Made by a program: the position numbers and the translations under genes. From NCBI GenBank assembly GCA_965247995.1, contig OZ252041.1, positions 494,197 to 558,196 of the forward strand: a stretch of DNA of 64,000 nucleotides, written 5' to 3'. The stretch comes from Dehalococcoidia bacterium. GTDB taxonomy: Bacteria; Chloroflexota; Dehalococcoidia; UBA6926. A model generated the notes under the pieces. It was not told where the DNA came from, searched no databases, and worked only from the letters and a program-made list of their open reading frames with translations. This document shows positions 31,093 through 40,920 of this stretch, in pieces (within the stretch, counting starts at the first letter, position 1; each line of letters begins with the position of its first letter).

Positions 31093-31244
31093 GGTACACA
31101 CCTCTCGAACCCGGATTCCTCGTTAGACGCATCGAGCAGAGCCCGACGCGCTGCGACATTGCCCCCCTCCCTGACTCGTCACCCCGCGTTTCCGGCCTGC
31201 ACTTGGAGGTTCCCCCGTCCCGCCGATAGACTGGACACATTCCG

Positions 31245-33011
31245 ATGGCCACCGCGCGAGACCACGACCCCGCAGAGGAACTCGAAGGCCCCTATTCGGG
31301 CGCCGACGACCAGCTCGTCCGCCTCCGTCACTCCTGCGCACACATCATGGCGGAGGCAGTCCTCTCGCTTTTCCCCGACGCCAAGCTCGGGATCGGTCCA
31401 CCCATCGAAGACGGCTTTTACTACGACTTCGAGCTTCCCCGCGCCCTCACACCCGACGACCTGCCGGAAATCGAGTCCCGGATGCGTGAGATCATCGACT
31501 CGCAGTCCGAATTCTCCCGCCAGCAGGTCCCGAAGCACGAAGCTCTCGACTTCTTCGCGGCCCAACCCTTCAAACGCGAGTTGATCGAGCAGATCCCAGA
31601 CGCCACTGTCTCCACCTACACCCAGCACGGCTTCACCGACCTCTGTCAGGGGCCCCACGTCGAGTCGACCGAGAAGGTCGTCGCCTTCAAGTTACTCCGC
31701 ATCGCTGGCGCCTACTGGCGCGGTGACGAGAACAACCCGCAGCTGCAGCGCATCTACGGCGCCTGCTTCGAGTCCCAGGAAGAGCTGGACGCTCATCTGC
31801 ACCGACTCGACGAAGCGGCACGCCGTGACCACCGGCGTCTCGGCCGCGAGCTCGGGCTCTTCTTCATGGACCCCATCGCCCCAGCCTCACCGTTCTTCCT
31901 GCCGAAGGGCGCGACCGTCTACAACCTGATGGTTTCCTACATCCGGGAGCAGTACACCCGGTACGGGTACCAGGAGGTCGTCACCCCGCAGATCTTCTCC
32001 ACCGACCTCTGGCGCACGTCCGGTCACTACGACAACTACCGGGAATACATGTACTTCACCGATGTCGACGAGCGCGAGTTCGGCGTCAAACCGATGAACT
32101 GTCCCGGCCACTGCATCATCTACCGCTCCCAACTCCACTCCTACCGCGACCTCCCGCTGAGGATCGCCGACTTCGGTCGGTTGCACCGCAACGAGCGCTC
32201 CGGCGTCACCCACGGCCTCACCCGCGTCCGCAGCTTCTCGCAGGACGACGCGCACATCTTCTGCCTCCCGGATCAGGTCGCCGGCGAGATCTCCTCGCTC
32301 CTCGAGATGACCTATGCGGTATACCAGGCGTTTGGCCTGGGAGAACCGCGCGTCACCCTGTCGCTGCGCCCCGAGAAACGCCTCGGCGACGATGCCCTAT
32401 GGGACCGCGCCGAAGCCGCTCTCCGAGACGCCCTACGCGTCGCCGGCCGTACGTTCGAGGAAATCCCGGGCGAAGGGGCCTTCTACGGACCCAAGATCGA
32501 CCTCTTTATGCGCGACGCTATCGGCCGCGAATGGCAACTGGGCACGTTCCAGCTCGACTTCAACCTCCCGGAACGGTTCGAGCTCGAATACATCGCCGGG
32601 GACGGCTCCGCACACCGGCCCGTCATGGTCCACCGTGCCATCCTCGGCTCCCTGGAGCGGTTCCTCGGCGTACTGATCGAGCACACCGCCGGCGCTTTCC
32701 CGGTCTGGCTCATGCCGGTGCAAGCCGTCCTCATACCCATCGCCGACCGCCACCACGACTACGCCCGCACTATCGAGACCCGCCTCCGAGACGCCGGATT
32801 CCGGGTGGAGGTGGACGCCCGCAACGAACGGATGAACGCCAAGGTGCGGGACGCGCAGATCCAGCACGTGCCCTATATGCTCGTCGTCGGCGACCGCGAG
32901 GCCGAATCCGAAGCGGTCTCCGTCAGGCTCCGCTCGAACGAAAACCTCGGCGCCATCACGATCGATGACTTCGTCAAGATGGCCGCGAAAGCCGTCGCCT
33001 CACGCACGTAG
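31245..33011 (+). CDS. thrS: Threonyl-tRNA synthetase (lacks the N-terminal TGS domain)
   Basis: Editing-domain motif RHSCAHIMAEA at residue ~28; class II catalytic core and anticodon-binding domain; 588 aa. Confidence 0.85.
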   Translation: MATARDHDPAEELEGPYSGADDQLVRLRHSCAHIMAEAVLSLFPDAKLGIGPPIEDGFYYDFELPRALTPDDLPEIESRMREIIDSQSEFSRQQVPKHEALDFFAAQPFKRELIEQIPDATVSTYTQHGFTDLCQGPHVESTEKVVAFKLLRIAGAYWRGDENNPQLQRIYGACFESQEELDAHLHRLDEAARRDHRRLGRELGLFFMDPIAPASPFFLPKGATVYNLMVSYIREQYTRYGYQEVVTPQIFSTDLWRTSGHYDNYREYMYFTDVDEREFGVKPMNCPGHCIIYRSQLHSYRDLPLRIADFGRLHRNERSGVTHGLTRVRSFSQDDAHIFCLPDQVAGEISSLLEMTYAVYQAFGLGEPRVTLSLRPEKRLGDDALWDRAEAALRDALRVAGRTFEEIPGEGAFYGPKIDLFMRDAIGREWQLGTFQLDFNLPERFELEYIAGDGSAHRPVMVHRAILGSLERFLGVLIEHTAGAFPVWLMPVQAVLIPIADRHHDYARTIETRLRDAGFRVEVDARNERMNAKVRDAQIQHVPYMLVVGDREAESEAVSVRLRSNENLGAITIDDFVKMAAKAVASRT

Positions 33012-33094
33012 CTCCTTCGGCGCTCCGCACGGACCCGTGCGTCTCCACTCGAAACGACAGCCAGTGAGCTGCTGATAAGCCGCCGGAGAACACG

Positions 33095-33799
33095 ATGGCG
33101 CTCATCGGGACCAGCGGGTACAACTACAACGAATGGAAGGGCAACTTCTACCCGCAGGGCCTCCCAAACGCGCGGATGCTTGAGTTCTACGCCAGCCAGT
33201 TCTCAACCGTTGAGATCAACTACTCCTTCTACCGGATGCCCAGCGAGAAGGTGATCGCCGATTGGGTCGCCACGACGCCCGACGGTTTCACGTTTACGCT
33301 CAAAGCGCCGCGCCGGATCACACACGACGCGCGGTTGCAACCGGAGCCCGGCCTGTTGGAGACTTTCCTCGACCGGGCTCGCCAGCTGGGAGACAAACTT
33401 GGCGTCGTGCTCTTCCAACTGCCACCGTCGTTCCGTGCCGACCTCGATGTCTTCGACGGTTTCGTGGACTGGTTGCCACACGGCGTTCGGGTGGCGCTCG
33501 AATTCCGCAACCGTTCCTGGCTCACGGACGACGTGTACGACCGCATGAGAGTCCGAAACCTCGCCCTCTGCGTGACCGACAACGAGGATTCCACGACCCC
33601 CGACGTCGTGACCGCCGACTACGGCTACCTCCGGTTACGCGACGAGGGTTACTCCCCGGACGACATCGGCCGGTGGGCATCGTTGGTCACCGAACGCGAG
33701 TCCGGCGCATGGAATCAGATCTTCGTCTACTTCAAGCACGAGGACGAGGGCAAAGGGCCGGAGTTCGCTCGTGCACTCGCCGCCCGGCTGGCCGGGTAG
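33095..33799 (+). CDS. DUF72 (YecE-like) family protein
   Basis: 234 aa with the conserved N-terminus GTSGYNYNEWKGNFYP. Confidence 0.7.
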   Translation: MALIGTSGYNYNEWKGNFYPQGLPNARMLEFYASQFSTVEINYSFYRMPSEKVIADWVATTPDGFTFTLKAPRRITHDARLQPEPGLLETFLDRARQLGDKLGVVLFQLPPSFRADLDVFDGFVDWLPHGVRVALEFRNRSWLTDDVYDRMRVRNLALCVTDNEDSTTPDVVTADYGYLRLRDEGYSPDDIGRWASLVTERESGAWNQIFVYFKHEDEGKGPEFARALAARLAG

Positions 33800-33869
33800 C
33801 CGGACCGGGGCTCATTGACCCCCTAGACCGCGGAACCTATCGTTGCCCAATCCTGGGGGTGGGGCGAAC

Positions 33870-36275
33870 ATGACTACCAACGGCACGAACGGGGCATCAC
33901 CAAAAGCGCTCGGCCACCTGCGCGTCATCGAGCTCGGTCAAATGCCGGCAGCTTATGCGGCGGGTTTCCTGGGCGGCCTGGGCGCAGACGTCATCAAGAT
34001 CGAGCCTCCCGGGGGCGACCCGAACCGCTCCCTCCCGCCCTTCGCCGGCGGTACCGCCGGTCCGGAACGGAGCATCCCGTTTCTAAATGCCAATCTGAAC
34101 AAGCGCAGCATCGTCCTCGACGTCAACGAAGCCGCAGACCGTAAGAACGTCAGGGCCCTTATTGACCGGTCAGACATTCTCATCGAGGCTACCCCTCCGG
34201 GCTACTTGGATTCCATCGGCCTCGGCGAAACCGCGCTTCGCGATTCCAATCCCGGCCTCGTCACCGTCTCCATCACCCCCTTCGGCCAAGACGGGCCATA
34301 CAGTCACTATCTCAGTGGGGACGCTATTGCCGCCGCCATGTCTGGCCTCATGATGAGCCAGGGAGACAACGAGCGCGCACCCGTCGTTCCCCCCTGCCAG
34401 ATGTCCTATCAACTCGCCGGCATCGAGAGCGCGTACCTCGCCGTCGCCGCGGTCAGGCATCGGCGGCGGACAGGATCGGGTCAACGGATCGACGTCTCCC
34501 TCCAAGAAGCCCTGACCTTCGCAACCGTGAGCACCGTGGCGCGCTACGGTCAACGGAGCGAGATCGCCACGAGACCCGGAGCCGCTGGCGGCGCATCCAA
34601 CATCTACCGCTGCAAAGACGGCAGATACGCCGCCCTGGCCATCTTCATGACAGGACACTGGCGCGTCCTCACCCGTGGTTGGATGGAGGACCCCATCCTG
34701 TCCGACGACGAATGGGACTCGTCTCAGTACCGCACCGACAACCAAGACGTCGCCCAAGTGCTCATCGGGCAGTTCATCGAGCAGTTCGACCGCGACGAGT
34801 TCGTCGCCGAAGCGCAGGCGCATAGATTGGCCTGTTCTCCGGTCAACACGTTCGAGGACTTCGTCACAAGTCAGCACATGCGCGAGCGCGGATGGTTCCG
34901 GACGGTCGACCACCCCATCGTCGGTCGGTACGAGGCCCCGGGCCCTCCGGCAACGCTGGAACGAACGCCGTTCGCCATCAGCCGCCCAGCGCCGTTGCTC
35001 GACCAACACCGGGACGAAATCCTCGCCGAACTCACGTCGGTTCCACCCCGAGGTCAGACCTCCGCAGCCGACCCGGCAGCGGCCCCCGACGCGCCGCTGC
35101 TCGAAGGGATTCGTGTCGCCGACATCACACGTGCGTTCGCGGGACCAATCGGGACCATGTTCCTGGGGTTCTACGGCGCCGAGGTCGTCAAGGTCGAGTC
35201 CACCAGCCTCGAGGCAAATCGCGAGCCGAACCGCCCAGTGTTCGCCGACCTCAACCGCAACAAGATCAGTTCCACGATCGATCTCCGCTCCCAGGACGGA
35301 AAGGACTTGTTCAAGCGCCTTGTCTCCAAGAGCGACGTGGTCGTCGATAACTTCAGCGCCGAGGTGATGCGGCGGTTCGGCCTCGGCTGGAACGACCTCA
35401 GACAGATCAAGCCGGACATCATCCAGATCGGCATGCCTGGTATGGGCTCTACCGGGCCCCTCAACTCGTGGGTCACCTACGGGAACCAGCTCCAGGCCTA
35501 CACCGGCCTCACGCTACTCTGGGGCCACCCGGAATCGGAGATGTCGGCCCACGCCAAAGGCGTCATGCCGGACTACGTCGGCGCAGCGTTCGTCGCGCTC
35601 GTCAGCGCCGCCGCTATCGAGTACCGAGACCGAACAGGTGAAGGTCAGTTCATCGAGATCAGTCAGGTCGATGGGCAAGGCGCGCTCATGGGACCACCAG
35701 TGCTCGACTACACGATCAACGGCAATTCGTGGAACTCCGTCGGCTACGACGAGCCGTTGACGGCGAACCTCGCGCCCTTCGGTGCGTACCCGTGCAGCCA
35801 CCCTGACAGTTGGATCGTCATCACCTGCGAGTCCAACCAACAGTGGGACGCGCTCAAGGCAGTGATGGGAGCTCCCACTTGGGCCGAGAATCCGGACTTC
35901 GCGGATCTCGCCGGACGCCGCGCCAACCGCGACGAGATCGACCACGAGATCGCCGAGTGGACTCGGGCCTTCTCTCCTCAACAAGCCCTGCGCCTACTCC
36001 AAGGCGGAAGCGTTCCTGCTGGCATCGCGATGAACGGCGAGCAGATGTTCAACGACATCCACTTGAGGCACCGCAGCCACTTGGTGGAAGTCGATGCACC
36101 CCCATGGGGTGTGCTGACCCATCAGGGCCTGCCCGCGATTCCCGCCAGGTCGAAGGCCTCCGCTGCCGTGCGCGCGCCCTGGATCGGCGACCACAACGAC
36201 TATGTATTGAAAGACATCCTCGAACTCTCCGATGACGCGATCAAAGCGTGGCAGGAAGCGGGAGTCATTCGCTGA
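33870..36275 (+). CDS. Class III CoA-transferase (CaiB/BaiF family), tandem two-domain fusion
   Basis: About 800 aa with two complete CoA-transferase III units (LRVIELGQMPAAYAAGFLGGLGADVIKIE... and IRVADITRAFAGPIGTMFLGFYGAEVVKVE...). Start moved to ATG 33870 behind a GGGGTGGGG RBS. Confidence 0.7.
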   Translation: MTTNGTNGASPKALGHLRVIELGQMPAAYAAGFLGGLGADVIKIEPPGGDPNRSLPPFAGGTAGPERSIPFLNANLNKRSIVLDVNEAADRKNVRALIDRSDILIEATPPGYLDSIGLGETALRDSNPGLVTVSITPFGQDGPYSHYLSGDAIAAAMSGLMMSQGDNERAPVVPPCQMSYQLAGIESAYLAVAAVRHRRRTGSGQRIDVSLQEALTFATVSTVARYGQRSEIATRPGAAGGASNIYRCKDGRYAALAIFMTGHWRVLTRGWMEDPILSDDEWDSSQYRTDNQDVAQVLIGQFIEQFDRDEFVAEAQAHRLACSPVNTFEDFVTSQHMRERGWFRTVDHPIVGRYEAPGPPATLERTPFAISRPAPLLDQHRDEILAELTSVPPRGQTSAADPAAAPDAPLLEGIRVADITRAFAGPIGTMFLGFYGAEVVKVESTSLEANREPNRPVFADLNRNKISSTIDLRSQDGKDLFKRLVSKSDVVVDNFSAEVMRRFGLGWNDLRQIKPDIIQIGMPGMGSTGPLNSWVTYGNQLQAYTGLTLLWGHPESEMSAHAKGVMPDYVGAAFVALVSAAAIEYRDRTGEGQFIEISQVDGQGALMGPPVLDYTINGNSWNSVGYDEPLTANLAPFGAYPCSHPDSWIVITCESNQQWDALKAVMGAPTWAENPDFADLAGRRANRDEIDHEIAEWTRAFSPQQALRLLQGGSVPAGIAMNGEQMFNDIHLRHRSHLVEVDAPPWGVLTHQGLPAIPARSKASAAVRAPWIGDHNDYVLKDILELSDDAIKAWQEAGVIR

Positions 36276-36307
36276 TCGCCGCATCCGCATCAGGGCGTCC
36301 GTTCTGC

Positions 36308-36336
36308 TTGACCGTCGACGTGGCTCTGTGTATATT
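36308..36336 (+). promoter_or_regulatory. Sigma-70-type promoter of the infC-rpmI-rplT operon
   Basis: TTGACC, 17-nt spacer, TATATT. Confidence 0.5.
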
Positions 36337-36347
36337 CCAGCGTCGAA

Positions 36348-36983
36348 TTGGCTCGCTCAGATGAGCGAAGGGGGTACCCGAACATACCAAGGGACTATCG
36401 CGTCAACAATCGGATCACGGCGCGTGAAGTGCTCGTTGTCACGGACGACGGGGATCGCCTCGGGATCATGCCGGTACGCGAAGCAGTTGATGTTGCCTTG
36501 GAACGCGGAGTCGACCTGGTCGAAGTCGCCCCTAACGCCCAACCGCCGGTCTGTCGGCTGCTGGATTACGGCAGGTTCCGGTACGAGCAATCCAAGAAGG
36601 AGCGCGAACTCCGAAAGGGCCAGAAGACCGCTGAGCTCGGCGAAGTCCGGCTTCGGCCCAAGATTGGGCAGCACGATGTCGACTTCAAGACCCGGCAGGT
36701 GCGGAAGCTGATCGACGGAGGAGACAAGGTCAAGGTTTCGGTCATCTTCCGAGGTCGAGAAAACACCCACCCCGAGTTGGCCGTCGCGCTCCTGCGAAGG
36801 GTCGCGGAAGCCGTTCAGGACATCTGTGCGATCGACACGCCGCCACAGCTCGAGGGCCGCGGGATGAGCATGATCCTCGCCCCGGGCAAGGCACGGCGGC
36901 GCGCTGTCGCGGTGACGGCGCCTGCAGCCGATGCCGAGGAGACCGAAGACCATGCCGAAGAAGTACAAGCTCAAGACACATAA
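36348..36983 (+). CDS. infC: Translation initiation factor IF-3 (start codon uncertain, probably non-canonical)
   Basis: Conserved RINNRITAREVLVVTDDGDRLGIMPVREAVDVALERGVDLVEVAPNAQPPVCRLLDYGRFRYEQ. The track uses TTG 36348, only about 5 nt past the predicted TSS. An in-frame ATA at about 36384, preceded by GGGGG at about 9 nt, would mirror the AUU/AUA starts typical of infC. Confidence 0.8.
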   Translation: MARSDERRGYPNIPRDYRVNNRITAREVLVVTDDGDRLGIMPVREAVDVALERGVDLVEVAPNAQPPVCRLLDYGRFRYEQSKKERELRKGQKTAELGEVRLRPKIGQHDVDFKTRQVRKLIDGGDKVKVSVIFRGRENTHPELAVALLRRVAEAVQDICAIDTPPQLEGRGMSMILAPGKARRRAVAVTAPAADAEETEDHAEEVQAQDT

Positions 36984-37164
36984 GGGCACCCAGAAGCGCA
37001 TCGGCGTCACGGGGTCCGGTAAGCTGACCAAGGGCAAAGGGCACCAGAGCCACCTCCGGCGCAAGAAGCCCAAGTCCGTGAAACGTCAGTACGGCAATCA
37101 GCAGGCGCTGAGCGAGGCGGACACCAAACGCGTGAAGCGCCTTCTGCCATACGGCGTCAAGTAG
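36952..37164 (+). CDS. rpmI: 50S ribosomal protein L35
   Basis: [39 protein letters not shown]...; internal ATG start; overlaps the 3' end of infC. Confidence 0.85.
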   Translation: MPKKYKLKTHKGTQKRIGVTGSGKLTKGKGHQSHLRRKKPKSVKRQYGNQQALSEADTKRVKRLLPYGVK

Positions 37165-37186
37165 TCCACACCCAAAAGGAACGTAT

Positions 37187-37564
37187 ATGACCCGCGTGAA
37201 GGGCGGCCCGAAGACACGGCGCCGACATAAGGATGTCCTGAAGCAGACGAAAGGGCAGTGGAAGTCCCGCCACACCCTCTATCGGCGCGCGCATGAAGCG
37301 CTGCTCCATTCGCTCCAGTACGCCTACGAGCACCGTCGCGAGCGCAAGGGAGACATGCGCAAATTGTGGATTGCGCGTATCAACGCTGCGGCCCGCCTCA
37401 ACGGCCTCCCGTACGGGCGTTTCGTTCATGGCCTCAAGCTGGCGGGCATAACCATCGATCGAAAAGTCCTCGCGGACATCGCGGTGCGGGATCCTAACGC
37501 CTTTACCCAGGTGACGGAAGCCGCGAAGACCGCACTCGCGCCCGAACTATCAGCGGCCAGTTAG
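37187..37564 (+). CDS. rplT: 50S ribosomal protein L20
   Basis: [38 protein letters not shown]... is typical of L20. Confidence 0.9.
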   Translation: MTRVKGGPKTRRRHKDVLKQTKGQWKSRHTLYRRAHEALLHSLQYAYEHRRERKGDMRKLWIARINAAARLNGLPYGRFVHGLKLAGITIDRKVLADIAVRDPNAFTQVTEAAKTALAPELSAAS

Positions 37565-37576
37565 GCCCAAGCGCCG

Positions 37577-37618
37577 AACAGAAAACGCTGGGCTCGTGGG
37601 CCCAGCGTTTTCTGTTTG
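37577..37618 (+). terminator. Rho-independent terminator after rplT
   Basis: AACAGAAAACGCTGGGC-TCGT-GCCCAGCGTTTTCTGTT long perfect hairpin followed by a T-rich tail. Confidence 0.75.
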
Positions 37619-37641
37619 TACCCGGATTGCGAGCGGTGTGC

Positions 37642-37911
37642 CTAGCCCGCGGAATCACCCCTGTTGAGGAGCTTCCGCAACCGTCCCTTTCGGCGCGACG
37701 CGTTGTTCGTGTGGATAACCCCGTGCGATGCCGCCCGGTCAAGGGCTGCGGACGCAACCCGGACACGTTCCTCGCGGTCTGCGGTACCCTCCGTTGCTGC
37801 TTCACGCGCACTTCTCATGAGCGTCCGAAGCGTTCGCACCCGATGCCGGTTCACGTCTCTCCGCCGCACGGACTGACGGTGCCGTTTCGCTGCCGAAATT
37901 CCCTTAGTCAC
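37642..37911 (-). CDS. rpsT: 30S ribosomal protein S20
   Basis: MTKGISAAKRHRQSVRRRDVNRHRVRTLRT...ASRRKGRLRKLL; its GTG start overlaps the rel stop (GTGA). Confidence 0.8.
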   Translation of the reverse strand: MTKGISAAKRHRQSVRRRDVNRHRVRTLRTLMRSAREAATEGTADREERVRVASAALDRAASHGVIHTNNASRRKGRLRKLLNRGDSAG

Positions 37912-40181
37912 GCCTTAGCTACTCCTGATTGTGCAGGCCGTCCTCGACCCGCTTCCTTCGATGCCGCTGTTATCCGGTGAACGCTCACGACCTCCTGCAC
38001 TTCTTCCAGCCGCGAGAGCAGCCGGCTGACCTGTGCAAGGCCCGATGTCTCAACCGTAATAGATATCGTAACCGAGCGGTCAGGATTGCGTCTATCACGT
38101 ATGTCCGTGATGTTGATCTGTTCCGCCGAAACGATCGTCGTGATATCGCGCAACAGTCCCGTCCGATCGTGGGCGGTGATCACGATCGACGACGGGTAGA
38201 GCTGATCGACGTGGGGCCACCGCACGTCCACGATCCGCTCCGGCTCATCCTCGTTCGCAAGGTTCGGACAGCCTTCCCGGTGCACGGTCACGCCGCGGTT
38301 CCGCGTGATGAACCCCACGGCCGGTTCTCCAGGAAGCGGACGGCAACACCGGCCCGTTCGCGCGGATACAACCCCGCCGCCAAGGACCTCGACTGCAAGC
38401 TCCCCGGCTCCAGGAGTGATGCGGACCGTGGGTTGCCGCTCTTCCGCTGGCGTCAGCCGCGTCGCAACCTGGCTCGTGCTCACCGTCCCTGTTCCGAGGG
38501 CCAGGATGAATTCATCCTCTGTCTCGTAGCTGAACATCTCAGCTAGCTTCATCGGATCGAGGCCGATTCCTAGCCGCTTCGCTTCGCGTTCCAGCAGCTG
38601 CTTCCCGCGCGCCAGGCTCTCCGTCCGTTTCTGGCGGCGGAACCACTGGCGGATCTTCGATCGTCCGGTCTCGGTTCGCACATAGCCCAGATCTGGGTTC
38701 AGCCAGTCAAGGCTCGGGCCTTTCTCCGCTTTGGAAGACATGATCTCAACCGTGTCGCCGTTCTTCAGCTGGTACGCGTACGAGACCAACCGGCCGTTCA
38801 CCTTCGCCCCCACGGCCCGGTATCCCAAGTCGGTGTGAATCCGGAATGCAAAGTCGAGCGGCGTGGACCCCGCGGGCAGCTCGCGAATCTCGCCCGCCGG
38901 CGTGTACACGAATACCTGGTCCGGAAGGATGTCTCCCTTCACCTGCTCGACGAACTCCTCCGCTCCGGACACCTCCCGTTGCCAATCGATCAACTGGCGC
39001 ACCCACGCGATCCGCTCCTCGAACTGCGAGTTCGATACCGCCCGACCTTCCTTGTAGCGCCAGTGTGCCGCGACGCCGTATTCCGCTAGCCGGTGCATCT
39101 CTGGGGTGCGGATTTGGACCTCAAGCGGCTTGCCGGATTGCACCAACACCGTCGTATGGAGCGACTGGTACCCGCTCTCGCGCGGGCTTGCGACGTAGTC
39201 GTCGAACTGCCCTGGCACCGGCCGCCACAACCCGTGCACAGCGCCTAACGCCGCGTAGCAGTCCTGCACCGTATCCACGATGATCCGGACCGCCAGGAGG
39301 TCATAGATGTCACCGAACTGCCTGCCGGACGTCTCGTAACGCTGCATCTTCTGGTGGATGCTGTACAGGCTCTTTGGCCTCCCAACCACCTCTGACGGTT
39401 TCAAGCCAGCGTTCCCCAGCTCGCCACGAAGCTCGTTGATGGCAGCTTGGACCTGCTCCTCGCGCTCCGCCCGCCTGGAGTCAACCAGCGCTACGATCCG
39501 CTCGTAGTCCTGTGACTCAAGGTGGCTGAACGCGAGGTCCTGCAGCTCCCACTCGATCGCATAAAGCCCCAACCGGTGCGCCAACGGCGCATAGATCTCT
39601 CGCGTCTCGAACGAGATGCGCCGGCGCTTCTCTTCAGGGAGCGCACCAAGGGTCCGCATGTTGTGGAGCCGGTCCGCCAGTTTGATAAACACGACGCGGA
39701 TGTCTTGCGCCATCGCGACGAGCATCTTCCGGAGACTCTCGGCTTGGGCTGACGTCATTCGCTCCGGTTGGCCTGGTGCCGTCCCACGTCCATCGGTTCG
39801 GTCGTTCTCGGCCGGCGACGGTTCATCCGTCAATCGGCCCAGCTTCGTGACGCCGTCCACCAGCCGTGCCACATTTGCGCCGAACTCACTCTCGATCTCC
39901 GCGAGCGAGACCGGAGAGTCCTCCACGACATCGTGAAGGAGCGCCGCCTGCAGGGCCTCTGGGTCGTTCAACTGGAGGTCAACGAGGATCATCGCCGTCT
40001 GCAGGGGATGCGTGACGAACGGATCGCCAGAGAATCGGAGTTGACCTTCGTGCGCTCGCTCGGCGACGTCCCACGCTTGGCGCAACGACTGGAGCCGTTC
40101 CGGCTCTATCTGTCCCTGCAGTCGCGCGCTGAGTTCATCAAACCCCGCCGCGCTCGGTCGCGACGTCGATACGGTCGCCAT
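37908..40181 (-). CDS. rel: Bifunctional (p)ppGpp synthetase/hydrolase Rel/SpoT
   Basis: 757 aa: HD hydrolase (HDVVEDS), synthetase domain, TGS and ACT domains. Confidence 0.9.
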   Translation of the reverse strand: MATVSTSRPSAAGFDELSARLQGQIEPERLQSLRQAWDVAERAHEGQLRFSGDPFVTHPLQTAMILVDLQLNDPEALQAALLHDVVEDSPVSLAEIESEFGANVARLVDGVTKLGRLTDEPSPAENDRTDGRGTAPGQPERMTSAQAESLRKMLVAMAQDIRVVFIKLADRLHNMRTLGALPEEKRRRISFETREIYAPLAHRLGLYAIEWELQDLAFSHLESQDYERIVALVDSRRAEREEQVQAAINELRGELGNAGLKPSEVVGRPKSLYSIHQKMQRYETSGRQFGDIYDLLAVRIIVDTVQDCYAALGAVHGLWRPVPGQFDDYVASPRESGYQSLHTTVLVQSGKPLEVQIRTPEMHRLAEYGVAAHWRYKEGRAVSNSQFEERIAWVRQLIDWQREVSGAEEFVEQVKGDILPDQVFVYTPAGEIRELPAGSTPLDFAFRIHTDLGYRAVGAKVNGRLVSYAYQLKNGDTVEIMSSKAEKGPSLDWLNPDLGYVRTETGRSKIRQWFRRQKRTESLARGKQLLEREAKRLGIGLDPMKLAEMFSYETEDEFILALGTGTVSTSQVATRLTPAEERQPTVRITPGAGELAVEVLGGGVVSARTGRCCRPLPGEPAVGFITRNRGVTVHREGCPNLANEDEPERIVDVRWPHVDQLYPSSIVITAHDRTGLLRDITTIVSAEQINITDIRDRRNPDRSVTISITVETSGLAQVSRLLSRLEEVQEVVSVHRITAASKEAGRGRPAQSGVAKA

Positions 40182-40218
40182 AACTCATTGTACCGGCGAG
40201 CGCCCGCGCGTGTTCGCG

Positions 40219-40914
40219 CTATTCGACTAGTCGGTATCGCAGCGCCCGCAGCTCATCTCGGTCCTTCTCCGACGAATACCGGAGCGTTACGAGGTAGGCA
40301 TAGAGCAGCAAGAACGCAACCATGCCAATCAAGAACGGCATCAGAAACGCCGCGGGCATGTCGAACGGGATCGTTGGCACCGGATGAAGATAGGTCCACA
40401 GGTAAACCGAGAAATAGGTTATCGGGACGTTGAAGAAACCCAGAACCCCGATAACCCCCGCGAAGCGAGCAGTGCGCGGCCCCGGTTCTCCGAGCGACCG
40501 CAACATCAAATAGCCGACGAAAATCATCCAGAGCACCAGGGTCGTTACAAGCCGGGCATCGTTCCAACTCCAGAACGTGCCCCATACTGGTCTTCCCCAA
40601 AGGGAGCCCGTGATCAACGTCAACGTCGTCGTGACGACGCCGATCTCCGCCGACACCCGCGCCAAGCGGTCCCACCGCACCTGACCTCGCCACAAGTAGC
40701 CCACACTGCCCACGAACACGACGCCGAACGCCACGTACGTGGTCAGCGCGATCGGAACGTGAATGTAGAAAATCCGCGAGTGGACACCCTGGACCGCGTC
40801 GACCGGTCCAACAACCAGGGCCAGGTACATGGCCGTGACCATCGTTCCAGCTGCCGCGTACCCCAGCAACTGCTGGCGGCTCAGCCAGGGGTTTGACTTG
40901 TCTCTTGCTACCAC
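40219..40914 (-). CDS. ccmC: Cytochrome c-type biogenesis heme exporter protein C
   Basis: WWD motif WGTFWSWNDARL with conserved His residues; about 6 TM; 231 aa. Confidence 0.75.
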   Translation of the reverse strand: MVARDKSNPWLSRQQLLGYAAAGTMVTAMYLALVVGPVDAVQGVHSRIFYIHVPIALTTYVAFGVVFVGSVGYLWRGQVRWDRLARVSAEIGVVTTTLTLITGSLWGRPVWGTFWSWNDARLVTTLVLWMIFVGYLMLRSLGEPGPRTARFAGVIGVLGFFNVPITYFSVYLWTYLHPVPTIPFDMPAAFLMPFLIGMVAFLLLYAYLVTLRYSSEKDRDELRALRYRLVE

Positions 40915-40920
40915 GCGCGG

